From Dendrobates tinctorius (Eukaryota), in the NCBI RefSeq assembly GCF_039654945.1, contig NW_027361823.1:15314001-15378000 (forward strand): a stretch of 64,000 bases of DNA, given 5' to 3'. Below are positions 51,801 through 64,000 of the stretch, piece by piece. Both the position numbers and the translations under genes were made by a program. Numbering within the stretch: position 1 is the stretch's first letter; every line of letters starts with the position of its first letter. The notes beneath the pieces are model-generated. The model was not told the origin of the DNA and did not search any database. It saw nothing but the letters and a program-made list of their open reading frames with translations.

Positions 51801-54800
51801 CTACATATATACTACATGCATGCTACATACATACTACATGCTACATACATACCACATACATACTACATACATGCTACATACATACTACATATATACTACA
51901 TGCATGCTACATACATACTACATGCTACATACATACCACATACATACTACATGCATGCTACATACATACTACATATATACTACATGCATGCTACATACAT
52001 ACTGCATGCTACATACATACTACATACATACTACATGCTACATACATACCACATATATACTACATACATACAATACATTCATACAATACATACATAGACA
52101 TACAGTACATATAACATAGAGTAACATACTTACCAATACTTGTCACATTGTTCCCCGAAGCCATTGTCTTTTCCGGAATAAATATTAACATAACAAACCA
52201 CAAAAATACTCACCCACGATCCGAAGCAGTCCACGAGTGTGTCCCACGACGATCTTGGGTAGAGAACTGCAGCATCAGATGATGCTGCCGTTCTCTATGG
52301 GCTGCAGGAATCCAATGACGGAAGGTAGGTATCCTTCCGCACTGTATTCCTCCGCCACTTAAAAAAAAAAAAGTCCCTATTCTCACTTTATGCCATTGCT
52401 GCGTGGGAAATTCCCACACAGCAATGGCATAAAGTGAGACTAGGGACTTTTTTTTTTTTTAAGTGGCGGAGGAATACAGTGCGGAAGGATACCTACCTTC
52501 CGTCATTGGATTCCTGCAGCCCGTAGAGAACGGCAGCATCAGCTGATGCTGCCGTTCTCTACCCAAGATCGTCGTGGGACACACTCTTGGACTGCTTCGG
52601 ATCGTGGGTGAGTATTTTTGTGGTTTGTTATGTTAATATTTATTCCGGAAAAGACAATGGCTTCGGGGAACAATGTGACAAGTATTGGTAAGTATGTTAC
52701 TCTATGTTATATGTACTGTATGTCTATGTATGTATTGTATGAATGTATTGTATGTAGTATGTATGTAGTATATATGTGGTATGTATGTAGCATGTAGTAT
52801 GTATGTAGTATGTATGTAGCATGCAGTATGTATGTAGCATGCATGTAGTATGTATGTAGCATGCATGTAGTATATATGTAGTATGTATGTAGCATGCATG
52901 TAGTATGTATGTGGTATGTATGTAGCATGTAGTATGTATGTAGCATGCATGTAGTATATATGTGTTATGTATGTAGCATGTAGCATGCATGTAGCATGCA
53001 TGTAGTATGTATGTAGTATGTATGTAGTATATATGTGGTATGTATGTTGCATGTAGTATTTATGTATGTAGCATGTAGTATGTATGTAGCATGCAGTATG
53101 TATGTAGCATGCATGTAGTATATATGTAGTATGTATGTAGTATATATGTAGTATGTATGTTGCATGTAGTATTTATGTAGTATGAATGTAGCATGTATGT
53201 AGTATGTAGTATGAATGTAGCATGTATGTAGTATGCATGTTGTATGTATGTAGCATGTAATTTTTTTTTTTTTTTTTACATTTAACACATTAGCCGGATG
53301 ATGGGACTACTACTGTCCCATCATTGGCTAATGTGTCAATCACTGTCATGGTAGCAGGCATCGCCCGATGGGACTTGTAGTCCCATCGGACGATGCCTGC
53401 ACAGACCCCCGAAGCCTGCACAGCCCCCCGGCAGGCCGGCACAGCCCCCCGGCAGGCCGGCACAGCCCCCCGGAGCCTGCACAGACCACCGGCAGGCCGG
53501 CACAGCCCCCCGGCAGGCCGGCACAGCCCCCCGGAGCCTGCACAGCCCCCCGGCAGGCCGGCACAGCCCACCGGAGCCTGCACAGCCCCCCGGCAGGCCG
53601 GCACAGCCCCCCGGCAGGCCGGCACAGACCACCGGAGCCTGCACAGACCCCCTGGCAGGCCGGCACAGCCCCCCGAAAGGCCCGTACAGACCCCAGAGAG
53701 GCTGTACAAGGGCAGGAAAGGGTTTTTCTTATTCCGATACCGGAAGTCCCATAGACTTGAATGGGACTTCCGGTATCAGAATCGGCGATACCGATACTTT
53801 TTTTAAAGATCGGCCGATACCAGCCGATACGATACTTTGAAGTATCGGACGGTATCGCTCAACTCTAGTTATAAACTTCTGTGAAGCCCATGGGGGTTCA
53901 AAGTTCTCACCACACATCTAGATAAGTTCCTTAGGGGGTCTAGTTTCCAAAATGGTGTCATTTGTGGGGGATTTCCACTGTTTTGGTACATCAGGGGTTT
54001 TCCAAATGCGACATGGTGTCCGATCTCAATTCCAGCCAAAAACGTCAAATGGCGCTGCTTCCCTTCCGAGCTCTGCCATGCGCCCAAATAGTGGTTTACC
54101 CCCACATGTGGGGTATCAGCGTACTCAGGACAAATTGCACAATAACTTTTAGGGTCCTGTTACCCTTGGAAAAATAAGAATTGAGGGTGAAAACATCATT
54201 TTTGTGGAAAAAATATGATTTTTTAATTGTATGGCTGTATGTTATAAACTTCTGTGAAGCCCATGGGGGTTCAAAGTTCTCACCACACATGTAGATAAGT
54301 TCCTTAGGGGGTCTAGTTTCCAAAATGGTGTCATTTGTGGGGGATTTCCACTGTTTTGGTACATCAGGGGTTTTCCAAACGCGACATGGTGTCCGATCTC
54401 AATTCCAGCCAAAAACGTCAAATGGCATTGCTTCCCTTCCGAGCTCTGCCATGCGCCCAAATAGTGGTTTACCCCCACATGTGGGGTATCAGCGTACTCA
54501 GGACAAATTGCACAATAACTTTTAGGGTCCTGTTACCCTTGGAAAAATAAGAATTGAGGGTGAAAAGATCATTTTTGTGGAAAAAATATGATTTTTTAAT
54601 TGTATGGCTGTATGTTATAAACTTCTGTGAAGCCCATGGGGGTTCAAAGTTCTCACCACACATCTAGATAAGTTCCTTAGGGGGTCTAGTTTCCAAAATG
54701 GTGTCATTTGTGGGGGGTTTCCACTGTTTTGGTACATCAGGGGTTTTCCAAACGCGACATGGTGTCCGATCTCAATTCCAGCCAAAAACGTCAAATGGCA

Positions 54801-55210
54801 TTGCTTCCCTTCCGAGCTCTGCCATGCGCCCAAATAGTGGTTTACCCCCACATGTGGGGTATCAGCGTACTCAGGACAAATTGCACAATAACTTTTAGGG
54901 TCCTGTTACCCTTGGGAAAATAAAAATTGGGGTGAAAATATCATTTTTGTGGAAAAAATATGATTTTTTAATTGTACCGCTGTACGTTATAAACTTCTGT
55001 AAAGCCTTTGTGGGTTCAAAGTTCTCACCACATATCTAGATAAGTTCCTTGGGGGGTCTAGTTTCCAAAATGGGGTCACTTGTAGGGGGTTTCCACTGTT
55101 TAGGTACATCAGGGACTCTCCAAACGTGACATGGCGTCCGATCTGAATTCCAGCCAATTTTGTATTGAAAAAGTCAAACGGCGCTCCTTCCATTCTGAGC
55201 TCTGCCATGC
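48850..55210. repeat. Internal satellite of the piggyBac-like element (~373/~409-bp units), split by the hAT insertion
   Basis: TTATAAACTTCTGTGAAG recurs, for example near 49537, 49926, 50316, 53869, 54242 and 54615; the last intervals are 373 bp. Confidence 0.9.
50695..53867. mobile_element. Non-autonomous hAT element (copy 2, full palindromic foldback), opposite orientation to copy 1
   Basis: TIRs TAGTGTTGAGC / GCTCAACTCTA with perfect 8-bp TSD GTTATAAA (50687-50694, 53868-53875). The interior is mirror-symmetric about ~52410. Confidence 0.95.
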
Positions 55211-56401
55211 GGGCTAAAAATAATATGGTGTTGTAAAAATGAGAAATCGCTGGTCAACTTTTAACCCTTATAACTTCCTAACAAAAAAAAATTTTGGTTC
55301 CAAAATTGTGCTGATGTAAAGTAAACATGTGGGAAATGTTACTTATCAAGTTTTTTGTGTGCCGTATCTCTGTGATTTAAGGGCATAAAAATTCAAAGTT
55401 GGAAAATTGCGAAATTTTCAAAATTTTTGCCAAATTTCCATTTTTTTCACAAATAAACGCAAGTTATTTGAATGAAATTTTACCACTAACATGAAGTACA
55501 ATATGTCACGAGAAAACATTGTCAGAATCACTGGGATCAATGGAAGTGTTCCAGAGTTATGACCTCATAAAGGTACAGTGATCAGAATTGTAAAAATTGG
55601 CCCGGTCATGAACGTGCAAACCACCCTTGGGGGTGAAGGGGTTAAAGAATGTTGGGCCCTGTTAACAGTCACAGGATGCAGCTGATAGTTGCTTACCGCA
55701 CTAAGTGCGTACAGCGCAGCTCAGGCGGACAACACTAACCAGCCTAAGCTTAGGACTGGAAAGCACATAAGATGTGCATGGCGCCGCTCTAACGGATACT
55801 GCTGTACATGCAATAGTGTAGTGCCTTAGGTGGAGTGGCACACTATGGCGCTAGCATGTGTGAGGAGCTTGGAGCACTGCAGTGCTAAGCAGTGCCACAA
55901 CTCTGTGCTGACTCTGACTCTAAAACCCTATCTCATGCACAACCAAGGGAGGGAGTCATAATGAGTCAGTCACCTGTCACAAGCATCCATCATCACACAC
56001 ACACTTAGCCATATTAGTCTATATTAGCGCATGGCCTAGAGGCCATGCGAGCCTTTTATAGCAGCGTCCGGGACCTTTCCGAAGGTCCAATCCAAACTCC
56101 TTGATGACCTGAGCATGTGACCTCTGACCTTTAATGAAAGGTCGTCCCATGGGCATGCTCAGTAGGCTGCAAAAAGGACTTAGCCTCCGGAGCTGCTCGC
56201 TGTTGACTAGTGCGGATTGCTTAGGCTGAACTAGAGTTGGCAGCAGCAACCAACCCGACAGCACTAGCCTGAGCAAGACGTCGGGATTGACGCCTTTGCT
56301 GAGCAGCCTCATCTGCGGTCGGGAATGAATGGGAGACCGCAGAAGGCAAGGCTCGGGATTCCTCCTGTGCAGAGGCAGCATATTTATTTTGGTCTCCTCT
56401 G

Positions 56402-56671
56402 TAGTGAAGAGTGCAAGTGCTCATTGCTCGAGTTTGCCTAGGATGCTCGGGTATGCACCAAGTATAGCAAGTGCTCCAGTGACGTGTTCAAGTCCCCACA
56501 GTCACATGTTTTTTTGCTGTTAGACAGCCACAAAACATGCGGGGATTGCCCATGTTTGTCAAACAATCTAACAGGCACAAAAAGGACATGTCACTCGAGC
56601 ACTTGAGTTACTTTTTGCAAACCCGAGAACCCTAGGCAAACTCAAGTAACGAGCACTTTTGCTCATCACTG
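56402..56671. mobile_element. Degenerate short hAT-type MITE
   Basis: TAGTGAAGAGTGCAAGTGCTC...GAGCACTTTTGCTCATCACT termini with ctcgag repeats; no TSD. Confidence 0.5.
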
Positions 56672-58499
56672 ATTATGTTCTGATATGTAAAACAATAGAA
56701 TTTAAAGAGTGTGTACTTAGTTATTTTCTCATGACAGTATGTTACATTTTAAATGCTATCTGTGAAGGAAAAGTTTCCTTTAATGCTTTGTTGTTACTGT
56801 AACACTATAATGAAGTATTATGCACGGAAAAGATAATTAAAGTTAAATCAAATGTAAATAAATTAAATTTAAAATGAGTTGAATTACAAATAGTTCACAT
56901 GAAGCTATTAATATTTTTTGGTGTCCCTAGAAATCTTGTTAATCTATCAGAAAACCCATTTACACATAATTATTTTTAGAAGGATTTATTTTCTTAGAAG
57001 AGCTATGATGTTATAAATGAAGTGAGCAGATCTACTGGCATTACATACAGTATAATGTGCACATGTTCATCTCCTCAATCACATATATTATGTGTCCTTG
57101 AGTAGGTAATGGGTCATTTAGTGATGCTGTACACAAATATTTCTTCTGCTGATATAAGAGACAAAAAGTCCAGAAGTCTATCTCTAATATGTAATTGTTA
57201 AGTAGAGAAAAGTAAAAAAAGAAAAACAATCTCAGTCATAAACTGTAAGGGTCCTCATCACATAACAGAATGTGCATGGTTTTTAAGCAATTTGTACTTT
57301 TGATAATTTATTTTATTATTGAACTACAGAACTCAATGTCAATTCAAAAAGTTAATAAACCTGAAACATGAATATTTAAGAAAGTAAAAGTGAGGTTTTG
57401 TCTTTCCTGGGAAAATATCATGTCTTCAGAATTATTGGGCAACTATTAATGTGCAAAATTATCATGTAACTAAATGAAAAATGTAAATTATCCATTGCTA
57501 TTGTTACTTTTCATCCACTAAATTAAGAATAATAATTAAAGTTGAGCAGATCAATCTGTGGATGATCGTCATTGAGTCAAATTTCCTGAAACTAATGTGA
57601 ATTCAAACATTTTAGGCTGTGTTCACATGTTGCGTTTTTTTGTCTTTTTTTTTCGCGTTTTTACCAAATAAAATGCTTAACAAAACGCTTAAAAGAAGCT
57701 TCTCATACATTTTAATGAATTCCTCTTTTTCTGTGCATATTGATGCGTTTTTTTCCGCGAAAAAAACACATCGTGGAAAAAAACACAGCATGCTCATTAA
57801 TTCCGTGGAAAATTCCGCATTTCTAGCTATTTTCTATGTGACTGGGACCGCTCCGGAAAAAAGCACATGAAAAACGGGCGTTTTTTGCGGAAAACTTGCA
57901 GAAAAAAACGCACGTTTTCTGGGAAGGAGTCAGGTTTTCATGCAGAAATTTTCTGCATTTCTGGTTGGCAAAAAAACTTTGTCCTTTACTATTTCACACT
58001 CTGCTGAAGCAATAGAGAGCAGGCAAATGTCTTTTTGTGCAGCCGCATGGCCCTCTATCAAAAGCCCTGCAGCTTCAACATTTTACGAATTTTACAAATG
58101 ATCATACCTTGTTCAATGGTTGCCAGTGCCTAGGACATCACAGATCAGCATTTTTTAGTTGAGCACAGTTTGTACAGGAGAGTCATTTTCCAACTTCAGA
58201 GTAACTGGGCAGCTTACACTCCTGTAGAGTGTAAGCTCTTATGGACAGTGGGGTAAACTCTCTTTTATAGAGTGTAAGCTCTTATGGTCAGCAGGGCCCT
58301 CTCGTTCTCTCTTCTCTTCGCAATGTGTATTTTACGAGGAATTAAATGTTTTCCTATCTTAAGATTTACTTGAATTTATTTGCTGCAAATCTAATTTTTG
58401 GGGAAAATTAGTACAAAGTTGGCTAATTTACATTTCAAAAGATTTGCTTATCTCTAATAACAACCAACCAGCTCAAAATTTACAAATATAAATTTCTGA

Positions 58500-58835
58500 A
58501 ATGTAAAAAGTATGTTAGTGACCAATAATGCCCCCCCTTCTTTTCAATAACATTCATAAGCCGTCTGTCCATAAAGTCTGTCAATTTCTTAATCTGTTAA
58601 TGATCAACTTTTTGGGCAGCACCAACCACAGCCTCCCAGACACCGTTCAAAAAGGTAGACTGCTTTCCATCACTGTGAATCTCCAATCTGAGAAGGGCCC
58701 ACAAGTTTTTAATAGGGTTATGGTCAGGTGGGTAAGGGGCCATTCCATCATTCTTTCATTATAAAGGCCTTTACTGGCTAGCCATGAAGTCAAGTACTTC
58801 ACTGCATGCGATGGCGCCTTGCCTGAATGATACAG
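58500..58835 (-). mobile_element. Tc1-like transposase 3' fragment, heavily decayed
   Basis: The minus-strand frame ...APSHA...WLASKGL...MMEWP resembles the DNAPxH / WP region of Tc1/mariner transposases. Confidence 0.55.
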
Positions 58836-59535
58836 ACTTTTCCTTATATTTTGAACATTGCAGCCAATCATAGACTTTGAAGGCTATGCTTGTAGACTCT
58901 GTTCAAAACTGTTGAACACGTATCTCTGAAAGATTTTCACTATAGAATAGTGATCTATGCCCGGCAGGACCACCTGCCACACAACCTCTGTCAATAAATC
59001 ATTTTTTGGGAATGAAAAAATGAGTGTGATGGTGACCTTCAAACTTAAGTGCAGTTTTTTTCCCAATGAAATACAAGGCATCCTATTAAGGCAAGACTTA
59101 ATTAAACATTCTGACCAACACACATCTGTTGTTCTAAACTATTCATTCATTTATTATTCTGAGTTACCACAAAACAATTGACACACACACACACACAAAC
59201 AAAGATGGACATAATTGTTCTATTCATTGCTCTTCCGTAGTTCTTTCTCACCAATGTGTATTAGAAATAATAACACAGCAGATACTAAGTTACACTGCAT
59301 CTACCCACATAACTTGTGAAGCTTAAAACCTTTGTATTCACTGCATCCGGTGCTTTATGTATTTCTTTTAAAATCAATACCTATTGTCTATTTCATGAAG
59401 CAAAGTCATTTAAAAACATCAAGCTGTGGTCTTTAATATATTCCATGCTGAGAAAATAACTATTTCTTTATATAAAGATTTAAATTGTTCTATCACATCT
59501 AACAATGGAGATTTTTCCTCATTCTCAGCCCTTAC

Positions 59536-59663
59536 CTTGACTTTAAGCACTGATGCAAACATTCTAGCATCTTCCGACACTCCTCCCAGATAGAGCTTTT
59601 TTGAAAATTGTGGAGCGTGATCATTTTCATCTCGAACTTCAATGTACACCATAGCTGTATTAC
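59536..59663 (-). CDS. pcdh15: Protocadherin-15 internal coding exon (end of EC10, DxNDxxP linker, start of EC11; probably equivalent to human exon 26)
   Basis: Minus strand reads ...ttcttgtcactacAG|GT AAT ACA GCT ATG...GTC AAG|GTaagg. The exon is 128 bp, phase 1 to phase 0, and encodes (S)[42 protein letters not shown]. This closely matches human PCDH15 as I recall it ([43 protein letters not shown]) and contains the cadherin Ca-binding motif DENDHAP. Confidence 0.93.
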
Positions 59664-60144
59664 CTGTAGTGACAAGAAATTAGATCATGTTTAACAGAAA
59701 GAAGAAATCTAAATGGTTATGAAAAGTGAATGTTTGTTAAAAGAAAAATCACACTAAGAAAATTTCAAATCTACCAAGGTGCAGAATTATTTTAACTCTA
59801 TAACGACCGCCAATACGCCTCTTAATGGCGGCAGTTAAGGGTACTTATTCCTCAGCGCCACTTTTTAAGTGTAAGTGTATAGCACACCCAATGTCGGAAT
59901 TTCTCCGGGGTCTCGGCTACTGGGGGTAGCTGAGCCCCCGGAGAACTTAATTTGGGTAGGTTTTTAATGAATAACATTGATGGCATAAAAAAAAGTAAGA
60001 TTTCTCATTTATTTCTCTCTCCTCTGATGTGACCTAGCACACTCAATTAACCAAGCTCTGGCATCACACTCTGGTTCCACCCCTGTCCGCTTAAGCTTTA
60101 TCCATTTTGGCAGAGCGGGGCAAAATTTGTTGAAAACCCTAAAC

Positions 60145-60905
60145 AATGCAAAGTACTACATCTGGGTAATAAAAATGAAAAAAGTATATACAGAATGGGA
60201 GGAATAGGGCTAAGCAACAGCACATGTGAAAAAGACTTGGGTATACTAATAGATCACAGACTGAATATGATTCAACAGTGTGATGCAGCTGCAAAAAAGG
60301 CAAATGCAATTCTAGGATGTATTAACAGAAGCATACAGTCTTGATCACGTGAAGTCATTATTTCCCTCTACTCCTCTTTGGTCAGACCTCATCTGGAATA
60401 TTGTGTCCAGTTTTGGGCACCACATTTTAAAAAAGACATCAACAAACTGGAGCAAGTTCAGAAAAGAGCGACCAGAATGGTGACCGGTCTGCAAACCCTG
60501 TCTTATGAGGAAAGGTTGCAGGATTTGGGAATGTTTAGTTTGCAAAAGAGAAGACTGAGAGGAGACTTAATAGCTGTCTACAAATATCTAAAGGGCTGTC
60601 ACATTGCAGAAGGATCAACTTTATTCTCATTTGCACAAGGAAAGACTAGAAGCAATGGGATGAAACTGAATGGGAGGAGACACAGATTAGATATTAGAAA
60701 AAACTTTTTGACAGTTAGAGTGATCAATGAGTGGAACAAGCTGCCACGAGAAGTGGTGAGTTCTCCTTCAATGGAAGTCTTCAAACAGAGACTGGACAGA
60801 CATCTGACTGGGATGATTTAGCGAATCCTGCCTTGACCAGGGGGTTGGACCAGATGGCCCAGGAGATCCCTTCCAACTCTACGATTCTATGATTCTATGA
60901 TTCTA
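60145..60905 (+). mobile_element. CR1 LINE 3' fragment (same family as 1182-7375)
   Basis: ORF2 C-terminus [15 protein letters not shown]...RRLRGDLI...FKQRLD, then the 3' hairpin and (ATTCTATG)n tail. AATGCAA occurs at both junctions. Confidence 0.95.
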
Positions 60906-62063
60906 ATGCAAGATTTTTGTGCAACTTGATGTTTTCACGATTTAACAAAGTGTTTAAAAATCTGTTGAAAACACTTTGATGAGTCAGGGCTAATATGTTT
61001 GATTGTTTTATGCATATGGGAAACTGATTAAAAATTGCAGAATGAACATTGTGTATCTACTAATTTTATAATTGCTACATTTCACATAGTGATCATGATT
61101 TACTCACGTCGCTCAACATTTAATTTAGTACTTAGCTCTATCAGTTCTTTTTTTCCTGAGAGAGAGAGAGAGAGACATGGAAAAATAATATAATTTATTT
61201 ATTTATTTTAAATTTAGTGCTTTTAAATATCTAATGGGTACAAAGTCACCCACAGGATTTAAAGTTATGAAATCCTTCCATGACTCACATTGGCTTGGCA
61301 ATAACCTGCTGTTTAGTGTTACATGATGAGAAATGTTACATTTCCCTGTGAAAATAATAAGACATCGAACTGAGTAATCTTTAATCAATCTATATTTCCC
61401 TTACATGTCCATAGCTTTCTCATTAAGACCTAAGAGTTAACATTTTAAACTTAGCCAAGTAAATGTCCTCTGTGTGGGAGCATTTGTTTAATACTGAAAG
61501 TAGCAGGATCTGCATTATTAAGAATTTATTATGTGAGTGTTCAGGATCAATCTGCTCTCCTTAGGCCTACATGACTCCTTAATCAGTTTTGATTTTTTAT
61601 TTGCAAAACGCAAACATGGATGAAATATTATTTGTCTGCATATTTCATAGACATATATGTCAGGAGGAATTAAATTCCAGTATAATCACAGCTTTGTAAA
61701 GAAGCTGAACTTTATGCTGCACTCAGTAATAAGCTCTCAGATATTAACTCGAGCCATTGTGTTTTGGCATTTTGTAAATGGCAGATGCCCAAATCTGAAA
61801 TAGAGAAATATTTAGTTAGCCTAATAGTAATCCCAAATTTTACACTAACTATTAACATAAGATAAATATAAACTGAAGGAAGGAGTTGGGAGGCAAGTAG
61901 AAAAAAATAAAGAAATTTATAAGGTAAACAATCATAACCTTGTATTGAAGTTGCCCGCACACAAATACAAACACACACATACTATTGCTGATGATTTTGC
62001 TCATGATCAGGTGTTTTAAAAGAGTAGAATTGAGAAAACCACTATAAGACAGTTCTTTCACCT

Positions 62064-63030
62064 GTTAACTCTGGGATAACAAAAGAGGAATACTGGGCTG
62101 CGGATAGCTGTGCTGCATCGGGCCTGGAATTGTCGAGGCTGCATTTCCTGTTTCACCAGGCAAGGAACAGGGGACCGGACAGGCCCCATGACCCAGGAAG
62201 ATGTGGCGTGTTTAGTCATAGAACCCATCCGGAAGCTGAGGGAAGAAGTGCGCGAAGTGGCAGAGAAGCCCTGCCATCAGCGTGCGATCAGCAAGGCAGG
62301 CAGTGCGCTCCGCACCCGAACTGCCGGCTGGCAGCTGACAGATCCAGTGACCTAGAGGCAGGAAGCGAGGCTAAGAGGAAGTGCGCACGAAGGCAGACAG
62401 TTTTGGCATGGACAGGCAATGTACAGCAGAGAAAGAGATGTTTTGTCCCTCGAGCACCAGCACTGCACAGGCCTGCATCCGTTTACTCCCGCCGCTACCA
62501 GCGGGGACTTGAGAGAGAGGTGCAGTGTGCCCGATGATGGCCAGAGAGCAATGTCCTGTACGCTTCTTCCGTAAGTACAGCGCACGTGTCACATAAGAGG
62601 AACCGGGTATGGGACAGACATTTGCGCCTTGATTTGCCAGTTTATACTCGCCGGTCTATGTTGGACCCCGACAGTGCTTTGGCCTTAACTGTCTTGACCG
62701 CATCAATTTATGGACTAGGGGCTCAGCAGAAGGTACCGGAGATCGACCGCTGCTGCCAGAAGACGGATCGTCGTTTAAGGGACCCCATCTGTTATCACTA
62801 TCCCAGTCGTTGCCAGGACTACAACCCTCAGCAGATCATCATCAGCTGAGGAGCATAAAGGACACAATAAGTGTACTAACTGGACTGTTATTATTCTGCA
62901 TTTATTGCTCTTATCTACTCTCTTAACGTTCATTGTCCTGCAAAGAGTTAACCCCCTGTTCAATTAAAACTGTTAAGTTGTTAACCCTTGCTCTGCCTCC
63001 TGTTGTCATGATCCATGCTGGATCATGTCA
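62064..63030. mobile_element. Probable solo LTR
   Basis: GC-richer non-coding block starting TGTTAAC, with an ATTAAA signal and a U5-like end. No clean TSD was found. Confidence 0.4.
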
Positions 63031-63179
63031 GATAAAAGCACTGGTAACCTTTTTTTCCTCTCTAAGCTTTGTGCTTAGAGATAGTTTTGTACCCGGTGGC
63101 CAGTATGGTCATTGCACTGGTGTTTTTAGAGATAGTTTTGCCCCTGGTGGTGGTTAGTGTAATTGCATGGGAATCACTA

Positions 63180-64000
63180 ACAGGTGTGTTTACTCAATAA
63201 AGGTGTGTCAGTTGTGCTCACTCACATTGGTAATATTGTTGGTCTTTTCCAACCATCCTGGGTGAAGGAAGGAGCTGAGGAGAGTCCAGGGCAGCTCAGT
63301 CAGAGTCCTGGAGTGGCAGCTATGGTGTCAGCGAGGAGTTCGTGTAAAGCATGGTGGGGTGGCAGCTATGGTGTCAGTGAAGAATTCTTGCAAGACTTGG
63401 TAGAGTGGCAGCTATGGTGTAGAGCTGCACTCAGTTGCTGCACTCTGTTGCTGGAAGCTGCACTCAGGTGTTGGACTCCATTGCTGGACAGTTGCACTCA
63501 GTTGCTGGACACTGTTGCTGGACAGCTGCACTCAGGTGCTGGACTCTGTTGCTCCGAGGCGGCAGTCGGGTGCTGGACGCTGTTGCTGTAAAGCTGCACC
63601 CAGGTGTTGTACATGGTGGGAGGAAGATGCACTCTGTTGCCAGGAGCAAGTGCATCAGAGCAAAGCTAAGTGTTTCCCTGTTTGTCACTTTTCCTCGTGT
63701 TAGTACAGCGGTGAGGCCAGTGCCTGCAACACCCAGCTCCCTAGTAAGGAATAGGTGTGGGGTGTGCTAGGGTGACAGGTATCCTGATCGGCGACAGGTG
63801 AGGAGCCTGTATAGGGAACGTTAGGAGTGTTAGGGACACTGACTCCCCCGTTCCCTATCGCAGGGCCCACCGTTGTAACTGTTTTTCCCTTTCCCCTGTG
63901 TCTTGTTGTATTAGTTACTGGCCTGCGGGCCGTGTCACACTGGACAGTTACACGTGCCGTGTCCTGTTGTATTAGTTACCGGCCTGCTGGCCGTGTCACA
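63180..64000. mobile_element. LTR-like sequence with internal short tandem repeats
   Basis: Repeated GGCAGCTATGGTGT and GCTGCACTCAG..GCTGGAC units, with a ~61-bp tandem duplication ending GCCGTGTCACA (63939 and 64000). Confidence 0.45.

Larger units (their letters stand above)
46907..55641 (+). mobile_element. Large non-autonomous piggyBac-like element (8.7 kb including nested insertions)
   Basis: TTAA|CCCCTTC ... GAAGGGG|TTAA with a subterminal 22-bp hairpin at 46923-46981. No transposase ORF is present. It has internal ~373- and ~409-bp tandem units. Confidence 0.88.
46573..56378 (-). mobile_element. Solo LTR split by the piggyBac-like insertion (46573-46902 plus 55646-56378)
   Basis: Starts TGTTAGGGTTGTGGATCGCACTAAATATAA, which is the reverse complement of the end of the 16357-17224 LTR. 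56220-56345 matches its start. Confidence 0.72.

Noticed and set aside
46907-55641. piggyBac transposase gene
   Set aside because: There is no long ORF or DDD-type motif. The short recurring ORFs follow the satellite period, so the superfamily call rests on the TTAA/CCC termini only.
59419-59535. Extension of the 77-aa cadherin ORF (VRAENEEK...)
   Set aside because: It lies beyond a strong AAG|GTAAGG donor and is intronic read-through.

Overview
Eukaryotic (vertebrate, most likely frog) genomic DNA, not a prokaryotic locus. One secure host coding exon is present: a 128-bp minus-strand exon at 59536-59663 matching protocadherin-15 (pcdh15, EC10/EC11 junction). The rest of the window is therefore probably pcdh15 intron packed with nested transposons. 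These include a near full-length but degraded CR1 LINE and a second CR1 3' fragment, a full-length decayed Tc1, two pseudogenised BED-finger hAT transposase elements, and two non-autonomous hAT foldback elements with clean 8-bp TSDs. Also present are an 8.7-kb TTAA-flanked piggyBac-like element carrying satellite and telomere-like repeats (plus an inverted truncated copy), chromovirus and other LTR remnants, a V-SINE and many MITEs. Four observations stand out. (1) The complete hAT element at 37982-46219 carries a decayed ~480-bp 18S rRNA fragment, antisense to its transposase, next to a diverged extra piece of transposase. (2) A non-autonomous hAT derivative forms a ~2.8-kb near-spacerless palindrome, with its likely autonomous parent family and a one-armed sibling in the same window. 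(3) There is a candidate alternative pcdh15 exon (VLNAYG..., phase 0) at ~26246-26392 that could encode a secreted isoform. (4) Telomere-like repeats are carried as transposon cargo. Family assignments come from recognised motifs; no database searches were run.
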